From positions 1 through 32,000 of the forward strand of contig NZ_FQZY01000039.1 in NCBI RefSeq assembly GCF_900142165.1: a stretch of DNA of 32,000 nt. The letters run 5' to 3'. Below, piece by piece: positions 7,664 to 18,200 of the stretch. The stretch comes from Hespellia stercorisuis DSM 15480 (GTDB lineage: Bacteria; Bacillota; Clostridia; Lachnospirales; Lachnospiraceae). Positions within the stretch are counted from its first letter, which is position 1. Each line of letters begins with the position of its first letter. A program made the translations under genes and the position numbers. Under the pieces are notes generated by a model, which saw nothing but the letters and a program-made list of their open reading frames with translations, was not told the DNA's origin and did not search any database.

Positions 7664-7763
7664 TACGAATCAATTGGCATTTCAACCCGATGCCTTTGAG
7701 GATAAATACTAATAAAAAACAATAGGAATGAAAAAACAGATGCAGACTAAGGAGGAATTTAAA

Positions 7764-8207
7764 ATGAAAACATTAAAAACGAAATTGAATAAAAAGGGAT
7801 TTACCCTTGCTGAGTTATTGATTGTAGTTGCAATTATTGCGGTATTGGTAGCGGTGTCTATTCCGATTTTCACCAGCAGACTTGAGAAATCCAGAGAAGC
7901 AACAGATATTGCAAATATGAGAGCAGCAAAAGCAGCTGTAGTAGCGGCGTATTTAAGTGATGAGACGGTAGATGGCGTGACCTTTGGTTCGGCTCAGACT
8001 GATTCTGTATCAATTTATTACGATGCCAACAATGGCGTACTTACTAAAAATGTACCAGAAGAGAAATATGGTCAGGGAACAAAAACAAAGGGTGGTTCAA
8101 AAAAATATGGAACCTATACAGAAGAATCACTTGTAAAGGACCAAGTAATTCAAGCATCAATCGATACGGCTGGTAAAGTTACATTGACTTGGGTAACTGG
8201 AGAATAG
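7764..8207 (+). CDS. pilA: Type IV pilin, candidate major pilin
   Basis: Strong RBS AAGGAGG (7749-7755) before ATG 7764; the track start at 7728 has no RBS. MKTLKTKLNKKG|FTLAELLIVVAIIAVLVAVSIPIFTSRLEKSREAT is the canonical GFTLxE prepilin signal. 147 aa. The gene is visibly AT-richer than its neighbours and is followed by a hairpin. Confidence 0.85.
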   Translation: MKTLKTKLNKKGFTLAELLIVVAIIAVLVAVSIPIFTSRLEKSREATDIANMRAAKAAVVAAYLSDETVDGVTFGSAQTDSVSIYYDANNGVLTKNVPEEKYGQGTKTKGGSKKYGTYTEESLVKDQVIQASIDTAGKVTLTWVTGE

Positions 8208-8274
8208 AAACTTAGAATTTTCCTGCCGTTCGGGTTGCGGCGTGAGAATGCATTTTATTTGAGTTTTTCTCGTT

Positions 8275-8293
8275 CCCTCAGTACTTCTGAGGG
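8275..8293 (+). terminator. Weak stem-loop after pilA (possible partial terminator or stabiliser)
   Basis: CCCTCAG-TACTT-CTGAGGG, a perfect 7-bp stem. No U-tract follows. Confidence 0.3.
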
Positions 8294-8438
8294 GATGGGA
8301 AAACCCCAAATTGTACAAGTGGTTTTCAATAGAAGATAAACAATACGGGTTATAAAATGAGATATTCTGCCAGAAAGGTTTCTGATGAATTACAGTCGGA
8401 TGTATGTAAACATTGCACGAGAGAAGAGTATATAATCT

Positions 8439-8870
8439 ATGAAGAAACTAAAAAACAAAAAAGGCTTTTCAACAATCGAACTGCTATGCACATCTTTCAT
8501 AGCAGTCTTCGTCATATTTCTCCTCATCCTCGCCTTTCTCTGGTACCGCAAACAGGTCCGTATGGGCGACGATCAGATGCTGGTCAACACAGCAGAATCG
8601 GTGGCAAGCCTTAATACTGTCGGCGGCGACTGTGTAGTACGAAGCTGCGGAGGCGGAAACTGTGTGCACCTGACAAGTAAAGGCTATGTGGGATATTTTG
8701 ATCATCCGACAAATTCCATTTACGGTGAGAAGAAATCAGGGTATAATGAATACAAAGTAATGAAAATCGGGGATAAGAAGTATTACGGCGATCCGGGTAC
8801 CATGGTCATCAAGGTGGTGAGCCGGGACGGGGAGCTGACGCTATCCTGGGTTAAAGGAGACAATAACTGA
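8439..8870 (+). CDS. Second type IV pilin / minor pilin
   Basis: MKKLKNKKG|FSTIELLCTSFIAVFVIFLLILAF (Gly-1, Phe+1, Glu+5). Cys/His cluster GGDCVVRSCGGGNCVH. The C-terminus GELTLSWVKGD parallels pilA GKVTLTWVTGE. Confidence 0.8.
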   Translation: MKKLKNKKGFSTIELLCTSFIAVFVIFLLILAFLWYRKQVRMGDDQMLVNTAESVASLNTVGGDCVVRSCGGGNCVHLTSKGYVGYFDHPTNSIYGEKKSGYNEYKVMKIGDKKYYGDPGTMVIKVVSRDGELTLSWVKGDNN

Positions 8871-9646
8871 TGTTACATACGGATATTTTTCTGACGGCCT
8901 ATATTCTGGTGATAACTGGGATACTTGGTGCCGTCTTTGGTAGTTTTATCAATTGTATGGCGTGGCGCATCGCCCATGGTGAGAATGTGCTGAGCGGCAG
9001 AAGCCACTGCGCGGTCTGCGACCACCCTCTGGGTGCGGCGGATCTGGTGCCGGTATTCAGCTATCTGTTCCTGGGCGGGAGATGCCGGTACTGCGGGGAG
9101 AAGATTTCTCCACGGTATATGCTGACGGAGCTGCTCATGGCGGCGGCATTTGTCAGTGTGGTATGGAAGTTCGATGTGAGCTTTGAGGCACTGCGTTATC
9201 TGGTGCTGGTGTGCATTCTGCTCGGACTGGCACTGGTGGATCTGGAGATCTACGAGATTCCCAACGTATTCATCATTGTGGGAATTGTCTGGTGGGCAGT
9301 CACCATTCCTCTGATGGAGGAATCGGCGGTTAGCCAGATCACGAGGGGTCTGATTGGCGGGCTCTCGATTGGAATCGGAATGCTGCTCTTATCACTTTTA
9401 TTTGATAAAATATTAAAAAAAGAAAGCTTAGGCGGCGGTGATATCAAGCTGTTCTTTATGGTGGGACTGTATCTGGGAATCGGCGGCAGTCTGCTGAACC
9501 TGATCATCGCATGTCTGTTCGGGATTATCCTCGCACTGGGCCTGAAGCAGAACCGGATCCCGTTCGGACCGGCAATCGCGGCGGCAACGCTTGTGACCAC
9601 TCTGGTGGGACAGGAAGTGGTGCAGTGGTATATTGGATTATTTTAG
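8870..9646 (+). CDS. pilD: Prepilin peptidase / N-methyltransferase PilD (peptidase A24)
   Basis: N-terminal CxxC...CxxC region (CAVCDHPL...CRYCGEKISPRY). Catalytic Asp motifs LALVDLEIYEIP and LGGGDIKLF. Polytopic membrane protein. The start overlaps the previous stop (TGATG). Confidence 0.93.
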   Translation: MLHTDIFLTAYILVITGILGAVFGSFINCMAWRIAHGENVLSGRSHCAVCDHPLGAADLVPVFSYLFLGGRCRYCGEKISPRYMLTELLMAAAFVSVVWKFDVSFEALRYLVLVCILLGLALVDLEIYEIPNVFIIVGIVWWAVTIPLMEESAVSQITRGLIGGLSIGIGMLLLSLLFDKILKKESLGGGDIKLFFMVGLYLGIGGSLLNLIIACLFGIILALGLKQNRIPFGPAIAAATLVTTLVGQEVVQWYIGLF

Positions 9647-9697
9647 AAGAAACCGATTCATTTGACAGGGGCAGACACAGGAAGGAGCTATGGTTCG

Positions 9698-10705
9698 ATG
9701 GCGAAGACTTACATAGGAATTGAGATAGGAAATTACAGGATGAAGATGGCTGTCTGTGAGGAGGAGACCGTGAAGCGTATGGTGGCGGTGGAACTGCCGG
9801 AGAACACGGTACGGGAAGGACAGATCGTCTCGTGGGAGGCCATGGCAGACTTTATCAAAGAGACATTGAAGGAGCAGCACATCCCGGGAAAGAATGCGGC
9901 GGTCGTTCTGCCGGAGGGACTGACCTACGTGCTCCGGGTGAATATGCCGGCGATGACGGTAGACCAGCTGAAGGTGAATCTCCCGTATGAGTTCCACGAC
10001 TATATCACCGATGAGAAGGAAAAGTATTTTTATGATTACGCGGTGGTGGGCATGGAGAGAGATGACAAGGGTACACCGAAGAATATGGATCTGCTCGCGG
10101 TGGCTGTGCGGAAGGCGTCGATGGAACGGTACCGGAATATGATGAAGCGCGCCGGGCTGAAGCTGGTCCTGGCGGCACCGGAGATCGTGGCGTATGAGAA
10201 TATCATCCGCAGATACCAGGAGCTGGAGGGCGAAGAAACAGAGTGCGTTCCGGATTATGGGGTCCTTAATATCGGGCATACCTCCGTGAAGCTGCACATT
10301 TACAAGCAGGGACATTACGACGTGACCTGCAACATTGAACCGGGGCTGGAGGCCATGACGTCCATCATCTCGGACACGACCGGGGCGGATCGGCATATTG
10401 CCGAACTCTACAAGCAGAAGAACCGGGAGGACATCTGGAACCATGAGGATTGTGTTTCCCTTTACAACCGGATCGCGGTAGAGCTGATGCGGGTGCTGAA
10501 TTTCTACAGCTTCAACCATCCGGACAACACACTGGAAAAGGTATATTACTGTGGAGGCGGGGCGATGATCACGCCGCTTCTGGATGAGATCTCTTCCATC
10601 ATTGAGCAGGAGTTGGTTGGAATTGACACCCTGTTCCCGGCGGGCAGCGGAGAACGCGAGGATCTGCTGAACGGTGCCGCGGCGGCGGGGATCACCTGGC
10701 AATAG
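9698..10705 (+). CDS. pilM: Type IV pilus assembly protein PilM (actin-like ATPase fold)
   Basis: RBS GAAGGAG (9681-9687) before ATG 9698. MAKTYIGIEIGNYRMKMAV is the phosphate-1 motif. It is followed by ...VLNIGHTSVKLHIY... and ...YYCGGGA..., typical of PilM_2. Confidence 0.85.
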   Translation: MAKTYIGIEIGNYRMKMAVCEEETVKRMVAVELPENTVREGQIVSWEAMADFIKETLKEQHIPGKNAAVVLPEGLTYVLRVNMPAMTVDQLKVNLPYEFHDYITDEKEKYFYDYAVVGMERDDKGTPKNMDLLAVAVRKASMERYRNMMKRAGLKLVLAAPEIVAYENIIRRYQELEGEETECVPDYGVLNIGHTSVKLHIYKQGHYDVTCNIEPGLEAMTSIISDTTGADRHIAELYKQKNREDIWNHEDCVSLYNRIAVELMRVLNFYSFNHPDNTLEKVYYCGGGAMITPLLDEISSIIEQELVGIDTLFPAGSGEREDLLNGAAAAGITWQ

Positions 10706-10721
10706 ATAGGAGGATGGAGAC

Positions 10722-11363
10722 TTGAAGAAACTTACAAAAGCAAAATACCCGGAGAAGACATCCATCAATCTGGCGATGAGGGAAGAAGATCAGGGCAACA
10801 TCAAGCTGCAGATCGGAGTGTTTGTGGTGTTCTTGATCGCACTGGCGGCGTTCTCAAAATTTGCGGTGGCAGATCCCATATCCGAAGCATCGGCAGTGGA
10901 GAGCAATTATCGGGACGTACAGCAGCAGATCGACGATATGAACGCGTCACTGAAGGATTATGATGCCGTGCAGGAGGAGTACAGCCATTATTCCAACGGT
11001 TACATGAATGAAGAAGAACTGCTGGTGGTTGACCGGATTACCGTACTGAATCTGCTGGAGAGCTGTGTGATGGCAAGAGCAGATATCCAGAGTCTCGAGA
11101 TGACAGGCAACACGGTGATGGTGGTGCTCAGCGAGACAAATCTCGGAACGGTGTCACAGGTGGTGAGTGCACTGCAGGCCGATGACCGTACCTCCTTCGT
11201 GACGGTGTCGACGGCATCGACCAACAGCTCGCAGAGCAACAGTCAGCTGGTGACAGCCAATATCGTGATTGAACTGAATGTGGCAGGAGTTACCGATGCA
11301 GGAACAGCAGATACGGGGGCCGCGGATGCGGCGGAAGAGACAGCGGGAGGTGATGCATCATGA
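10722..11363 (+). CDS. pilN: PilN-like bitopic pilus alignment protein
   Basis: TTG start with RBS TAGGAGGA (10707-10714). Short cytoplasmic N-terminus, one TM helix (IKLQIGVFVVFLIALAAF), then a coiled-coil-like segment. The position after pilM is the canonical one. Confidence 0.6.
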   Translation: MKKLTKAKYPEKTSINLAMREEDQGNIKLQIGVFVVFLIALAAFSKFAVADPISEASAVESNYRDVQQQIDDMNASLKDYDAVQEEYSHYSNGYMNEEELLVVDRITVLNLLESCVMARADIQSLEMTGNTVMVVLSETNLGTVSQVVSALQADDRTSFVTVSTASTNSSQSNSQLVTANIVIELNVAGVTDAGTADTGAADAAEETAGGDAS

Positions 11364-11974
11364 TAAACCGCAGATTTACATTGCGAGAGAAGATTCTGCT
11401 GCTGGTGTGTGCGGTGATTCTGTTGGGAATCTTCTATTATAAGTTCGTGTATGTGGATGCCATTGAAGCATCGAGAACATACAGTGTCGAGGATCTGGAT
11501 CTGGAATTGCAGACAGCACAGGCCAAGGTGGCGAAGATGCAGCAGATGCAGGCGGAGATCGACAGCGGCGAGTCCCAGCTGAATGGAACGGTGGCAACCT
11601 ACAACAATCTGGAGAATGAGATTGCAGAGCTGAACCGCATTCTGGCGAGCGCAGATACATTTAATCTGGATTTTGCGGATGCAACACTGACCGGAGATAC
11701 CGTGAGACGGGATATCAGCGTATCCTTCCATACCGGCAGCTACGCCAGCATGAAGAACATACTGTTGAGCCTGAAGAACTGTCAGTACCGCAGCCTGATC
11801 AAGGATGTGGATGTGTCGACGACATCGACACAGTCTACAGGGATCAACAACAGTGGGGACCTGAACGTCAGCCTGACCGTGACATTTTATGAGACGGCGG
11901 TGAATGCGACATCCACAGCGGGGCTGGTGCAGACAGAAGAGACGAGCGATACAGGGACGTCCTCGGAGGAGTAA
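11360..11974 (+). CDS. pilO: PilO-like bitopic pilus alignment protein
   Basis: ATGA overlap with pilN. FTLREKILLLVCAVILLGIFYY is a TM helix, followed by the coiled coil LELQTAQAKVAKMQQMQAEI. Canonical pilMNO order. Confidence 0.6.
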   Translation: MINRRFTLREKILLLVCAVILLGIFYYKFVYVDAIEASRTYSVEDLDLELQTAQAKVAKMQQMQAEIDSGESQLNGTVATYNNLENEIAELNRILASADTFNLDFADATLTGDTVRRDISVSFHTGSYASMKNILLSLKNCQYRSLIKDVDVSTTSTQSTGINNSGDLNVSLTVTFYETAVNATSTAGLVQTEETSDTGTSSEE

Positions 11975-12115
11975 GGGGAGCAATTCCAGAGGACAAAATC
12001 ACAGAGCACGCTCTGTAAATGTTGAGTAAAAGAACAAAAAAATCACAAATTACCGGACAACAGCGGATGAACAAATAGATAAACAATAAGGGACTTACAC
12101 AAGTCAGGTGAGAAT

Positions 12116-12256
12116 ATGAGTAGACGAATAAGGCAGAAATTGCAGACGACAAGGCGCAAAAAGAATAACGCAGGATACACCCTATCAGAATTATTAATTG
12201 TGGTAGGGATTCTTGCTGTTTTGGCGGCGATCGGAATGGTGGCTCTGATCAGCTAT
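12116..12256 (+). other. Class III (prepilin) signal peptide and N-terminal pilin helix of the giant protein
   Basis: A 20-aa basic leader ends in Gly (codon at 12173-12175). The predicted PilD cleavage site is G|YTLSE. The hydrophobic stretch LLIVVGILAVLAAIGMVALI follows. Confidence 0.8.
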
Positions 12257-15200
12257 CAGAGAAGTCTGAAACTCACCGAGATGGACAACACGGCAAAGCA
12301 GATCTTTGTGGCGGCGCAGAATCATATAACGGCTGCGAAGGCCTCCGGGGAGTGGGATAAGCTGGCGAAGACACATGAGGAAGATGTGGCGGGAACCGTT
12401 GCTCCGACAGAGACCGGAGATGCGGCAGGCTACTTTGGAACGACCCTGACAACGAAGCCGGGAGACTTTGCGGAGAGCGGCGCGGATTTCGAATGGCCGG
12501 ATACAGGAATTGTGAAAAAAGATGGAGCGGAGACGCATCATTTTTACTATATTGTGTACACACCGGGCGCCCATACGCTGGATGATGCGGATGGTACGAA
12601 TGATGCGGATGGTACGAAGAGTACGATCCTGAACGATATCCTTCCCTACGGATCGCTGGATGAGTTTGTCCGAAAAGACAGCGGCAGCTATGTAATTGAG
12701 TATGATTATGTGACGGCGTCAGTGTATGGCGTGTTCTATACAGATAAGACAGACGATGAATTTGTATCGGATTATCAGGGGCTGAATGCATCCAGAGGGA
12801 CAGATAAGGAATCAAAAGATGCACGCAAAAAGAACAGACCGATTATCGGGTATTATGGTGGTGCTTCTGCGAAGAAGCTTGCAAACGTCAAGCTGGACGA
12901 GATAAAAGTTGAGATAGACAATTCGGATAAACTGCTTGTCAAGATTACAGATCCCAATTTTATTGACAGCAAAACGAAGCAGAACAAGTACGGGACAAGA
13001 ATTGTAGTGAATATAAAAGGCGAGGAGAGCGGCGAGACGCTGACCTGTCCACTGGAGCTTGAAAGCTACGATGGTACCAAGGTCACCAAAAAGAAAGTCT
13101 CCTCCTGGACAAAAGAAAAATGGTGGAACTTCTGGTCTCCAAAATTGACCGAAAAGAATGAGGCGTACTATGAACTGTCGTTAGACGATATAACGACGAG
13201 TGGCGGTCACTTCGCGGAAATTTTCGGAAAGAAATTCATACCCGGAGAGAACCTCACCGTTCGTGTCAGCTGTACCAGCAGCAAGGCTCTGAGCAACACG
13301 CTGACAAAGGACGGCTACACCAACAGTCTGTTCGAAGCAAAATACAATCCGAATAAGAACGAGGGCAGCAATGACGTTCCGGTTGCAAGTATTTCCAGCA
13401 TTCGGCATTTGCAGAACTTAAATGCAGAGATCTCGAATCTTCCGCTGGAGGTCAGAAAGGTGACTTCGAGTCTGCCGGTAGTGAGTCAGTTCGTACAGAA
13501 GGCAGAACTGACGAAGGATTTGGACTGGACGGAAACAAGTAAGATTTTTAAAGACGAAAAGAATAATGCACAGAGCTGGAATGACCAGACCATTTACAAA
13601 TATAAGGAAAATGGTGTGGGATCGTCGGCATCGGTGAAGTCGTTCTATGGCGTTGTGAACAGAGCTCTGATCAGCTTTGATGGGAAAAACCATACGTTAA
13701 AGCATTTTGTGCTCGGGGCGTATACATTTGACGGAAAACAATACAGCGGCGTATTTCCGGTGCTTGGCACGGAAGGTGAGAACGCGGTAACAATCGAGAA
13801 CCTGCTGCTGGAGGACATCACCGGCAAAATGGCGACAACCGCCACAGGAGCCCTGGTTGGCTGTGTGTATGGAAATGGCGCGCGCATTTATAATGTGGGT
13901 GTTTATGATACTTCGAACGCCGTTTACACGGCTGGAGTGAATGAAGCCGGGGCAGATGAAGCGACGGTGTCGAACCGGCTGCAGTCAGAGCAGGGATCTG
14001 TGGGTGGCTTAGTTGGAAGTATACAGACATGGAGTGATGAGAAGGATACGCAAAGAGTTGAGATCAAGAACTCTTTTGCCTCCGTTCCGATTCGGACGAA
14101 GACCGGAACAGCCGGAGGATTAGTCGGCTCTATTTCCCGGGACAATACGATGATTACGAATAGCTATTCTGGTGGTTATACAGAGGATGGAACCTATGCA
14201 GACACCAGCTATAATGTGGCGCAGACCGGAGCAGAGGGAACTGCTGGCGGTCTGGTGGGCGCGAACACAGCAGCCAATATCACAATCCAGAACAGCTACT
14301 CGACATGTTCAGTCTACGGCAGCATTGCCGGAGGCTTAATTGGCGTTGATGAGCAGCCGGGATCAATTTTCACAAACTGCTACAGCGCAGGTAAGGTGAA
14401 AAAATCAGCGGACGCCTCCATCGCCGGAGGTTTTGCCGGAAAGCTTGGAGCAACGGAAGAAAAGATAGAAAGCTGCTACTACATGACCGGGATCAGTGGT
14501 GGATTATCCGGCGTTGGAAGCGGCGCGGCAGCGGGGAGCACGAAGATTGCGGGAAAAGGTTACCAGCAGCTGCAGACGGCAGAGTTTACCGAAAGCAAAG
14601 ACGACAGCAACAGCATCGAGATCAGACCAAAGCACAGTGCCAATACAGAGGCGTATGGTGTCGAGACACATAACTATGACAGCACATGGGATACGGCGGC
14701 ATATCCATTTGCCACAGTGAATACAACGGCGCAGAATGCAAAGACAGCGAATGGGGCAGAAAAACCGGCAGCAGTTTCAGGCATTCATTATGGCGACTGG
14801 TCGGGAGTGGTATTCGAAGCAGAGCTGGCTTATTATGAGATTTATTCCAGGGGCGGAGCTTACACAATCGGATTGTATAATAACAATTTGAAAGTAAATT
14901 CATTGATTGACGATCCGCAGACGAATGGATATGAGATCGTTCAGGATGGCTATGTTGTTCTGTCCAACGAGTCCGCGGTGCCGACGGTCTCTGTGAACGG
15001 GGCGGAAAGTTCAGTTACGCACAAAATCACGGAAACGCAATTTGCAAATGAAACAAGCTCGAATGTGAGACCAGAAGCCAATGCGGCCGGAAGTGCCAAT
15101 CTGGTATGGCAGAGAGCGGGAAGCGCGCTTGCGGCAAATACTGCTCTGGAGGCGGATGATACACTGACAGTAGAGAGTGGAACTTATTATCTGCGTTTCT

Positions 15201-18200
15201 GGGATCTGTTTGCGGCAGATGCGATATCTTCCGCTACAAATTATTACAGTCAGATAAAAGTGAGCATGAATGGCAGTGACGGTTACTTCTACTGTAATCC
15301 ACATTATGCGAAGTCCGCGATTCAAAATTGCGGCGAAGACGGCAATGCGGCAATTGATACCGCAAAGATGCCGGGGGCTGCCAATATAGAAACAGAAAGC
15401 AATGTTGTATTGATCCGGACCGAACGCCAGTATAGTATGATGACGCAGGATCTGCAGAATCCGAGTGATAATGCGAATAGAATTTACGGAAAGTACAGGG
15501 ATCTGTACTATGCGCAGAATCAGAATCTGAATTTTGACAACGCGTCCACAGCCTATGTCAAGGATTATTTTGGCAGACAGACCAGTGATGCGGTTGACGG
15601 AGGCGTCGGAGCCGTAGTCCCAATTGTGGCATCCGCGAACACACCGGCGACAAACGCTCGTGACACGGTCGGATTCCGCGGAACGTATAACGGAAATGGC
15701 CATGTGATTTCTAATTTGAGTATCACGAATACGGCAGGAACTCCAACGGGAATGTTTGGCAACACGCAGGGTGCACTTATTCAGAATCTTACACTGAATG
15801 CGGTCAATCTGACGGGAACCAATTATGTGGGATCTGTCATCGGAAGTGCAGCACATAATGGGGCTGCTACTTATGGAAGCAAGAAGCTGTATACGCTGAT
15901 AGAGAATGTAACCGTTACAGGAGCTACCCTGACAGGAAACAAGTATGTGGGGGGACTTGTAGGAGCAGCCTACAGTTGTTCCGTTAATACAAGTGAGAGT
16001 GGCAGCGTGACACTGACCAATATGAATATTACAGGAGACTCTGTGATCGGCAGTGTGGCCGGGATGATTCAGACTTGGGGAAGAAATGTTAGTAACGGAT
16101 ATAAGTATCAGAACATCACAGTCGAGGGCAATAATACATTAAATGAAACATCGGTACATTCCACAGATAGTGCAAATGCCGGAATCGGCGGATTTGCCGG
16201 GGAAATCAGTTTGAGCGCGTTGTCTGCTAAGAATAGAAGCTTGAACTTTGAGAATATTGCAATAAACGAGGGCGGCACCCTTACTATTCAGGTTGCGGAC
16301 AGTTCTGGTGATAAAAGAATTTATGGTGGATTATTTGTCGGAAACATTTACAACGCAGATGATAAAGGAACTCTGGATATGTCGGAAAGATTCAACTCCT
16401 GCAGGGTTTCTAACACAACCATGCAGATTGCGGAAACAATGGAAGAGGAGTACGGTACACATTATTCCTATGGCGGTCTGGTTGGGAATATCAGCCAGGC
16501 AAATGGGAAAAACATGACGGTTTTATGGGGTCCGGGCCTGGCGGTCAGCGGAGGATGCAGCATTGAGTATAGAGGAATCCCGAATCCGGACGGCAAGTGT
16601 TCCGTGGGCGGTCTGATTGGAAATATAAGCCAGAGTACGATTCAGCTTGCACAAAGCGGTTGGGAGATACCGTCTTTTTCTGGATTCACAGCAGATAATA
16701 CGGTTGCTTATGGTGGTCTGGTGGGAAGTCTGACGGGCGGAGCAGTTCTGTCCTGTGAGTCAAACGTATCCCTTAAATTACCGGAGAACATAACGGCAAA
16801 TAATGTGGGCGGTCTGATCGGAAGACTGGAAAATGGTCAGCTGAACATGGGGAACAGCACGGTTTCTGATATCACGGGAACCGTCCCTGTGTCTGAGTCG
16901 GAGGACAATGAAGACATGAATGTGGGCGGCGTGATCGGGCTGGTGGATGCCGGCATGACGCTGACGGGAGTGAACGTTGATCAGGCCGCATTCGGATGCC
17001 GTGGCGGGAATAATGTGAGCATAGGTGGCGTTGTAGGAAAAGCCAACGCTGCAATGATTACCTCTTCTTCCGTAAATAATATTTCTCTGAGGGGAGCGGC
17101 GGATCATACAGGCGGCTTTGCAGGGATTGCATCCGGAACAAGTCTGTCCAATTGTGATGTACATTCGACTCGTCTGGCTGAGGGGACTTATCAGGTCAAT
17201 GAAAATGGCGAGTATGCAGATGAAGCAGGAATAATAAGTAAAATAGCGGTTATTGGAGAAAAAGCATCGTCCTATGTAGGTGGACTGGTCGGCAGTGGAG
17301 CAGGAGCGACCATCAAGAACTGTTTTGCGGCTGTTCCGGTGAAGGGACAGCAAAGCAATCTTTCTCTGGGCGGATTCATTGGCGTATCGAACGGCTGTGA
17401 CATTACGGAGTCTTATGCATCTGGAAATATCTTAAATAAGGACTATAAGGGCAACATTGAGACAACAGATCAGGTGGCCGGCTGCAGTTATTCCGGTGGT
17501 TTTGCGGGCATCATTGCGGGAATCAGCAATATTAATAATTGTTATGCGACCGGAATCGTGAAAAGAGGAGCAATCGTAGGCGGTTTTGTAGGTGATCTGG
17601 CAGGAAAAAATTCCGTTACATATCTGAACAATACATATTCTACCGGAATTGTGGACCAGCAGATTGGTCAGGGCGACCAGGTACTGCATGGCGGATTCAT
17701 GGGCAGAAGCTGCGGCAGTCTGCGTCAGGAGCCATTAGATCTGAATCAGAATCAGGTTGGCAAATTTTATGAGCTCCTGGAGTTGGATCTGAAGGATAAG
17801 GATGCAATGGACGCCCTTGGATTATCGAAAGCAGATAAGGATATCTGCGAGACGTGTTACGAAGACGGAATAGGAAACCGTGCCGATATAGGAAAATATA
17901 CAGATATTGCATCCTATTTAATTGGGACAAAACCTAAGTATAATGTGGATTCTACTGCAGCAACGAGGGGAAATCCGGATGCAATGATCGGAGGCGATTC
18001 TCCATCTGTATCCGCGGTGGTACAAAAACTCTTTGAAGTCAGCATCTATAAGGACATTCGAAATCTGATTAAAACATGGAGACTAACGGTCAAAAACGGA
18101 CAGCTCTATTTCTATTACAGTGTAGTAGACATTGAGAATCTGTATACAACACAAGAGGTAGAGGCGGCAATTGACAAGAAAACACCGTATTCGATCGTTG

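Noticed and set aside
8357-8614. 85-aa ORF overlapping the start of the second pilin gene; also the 68-aa ORF at 25720-25926 overlapping the orphan pilin
   Set aside because: Both are out-of-frame overlaps with genes that have clear prepilin signals and RBSs. Their own translations have no RBS or motif.
9638-10768. 376-aa ORF on the minus strand, and similar long antisense ORFs at 11243-11983 (-), 15011-15856 (-), 24086-24889 (-), 27182-28720 (-) and 29729-30799 (+)
   Set aside because: Each lies entirely opposite a well-supported gene (pilM/N, pilO, the giant pilin, SulP, AGCS). Their translations are low-complexity and rich in R/H/P/C, with no recognisable motifs or RBS. These are typical shadow ORFs of GC-moderate coding DNA.
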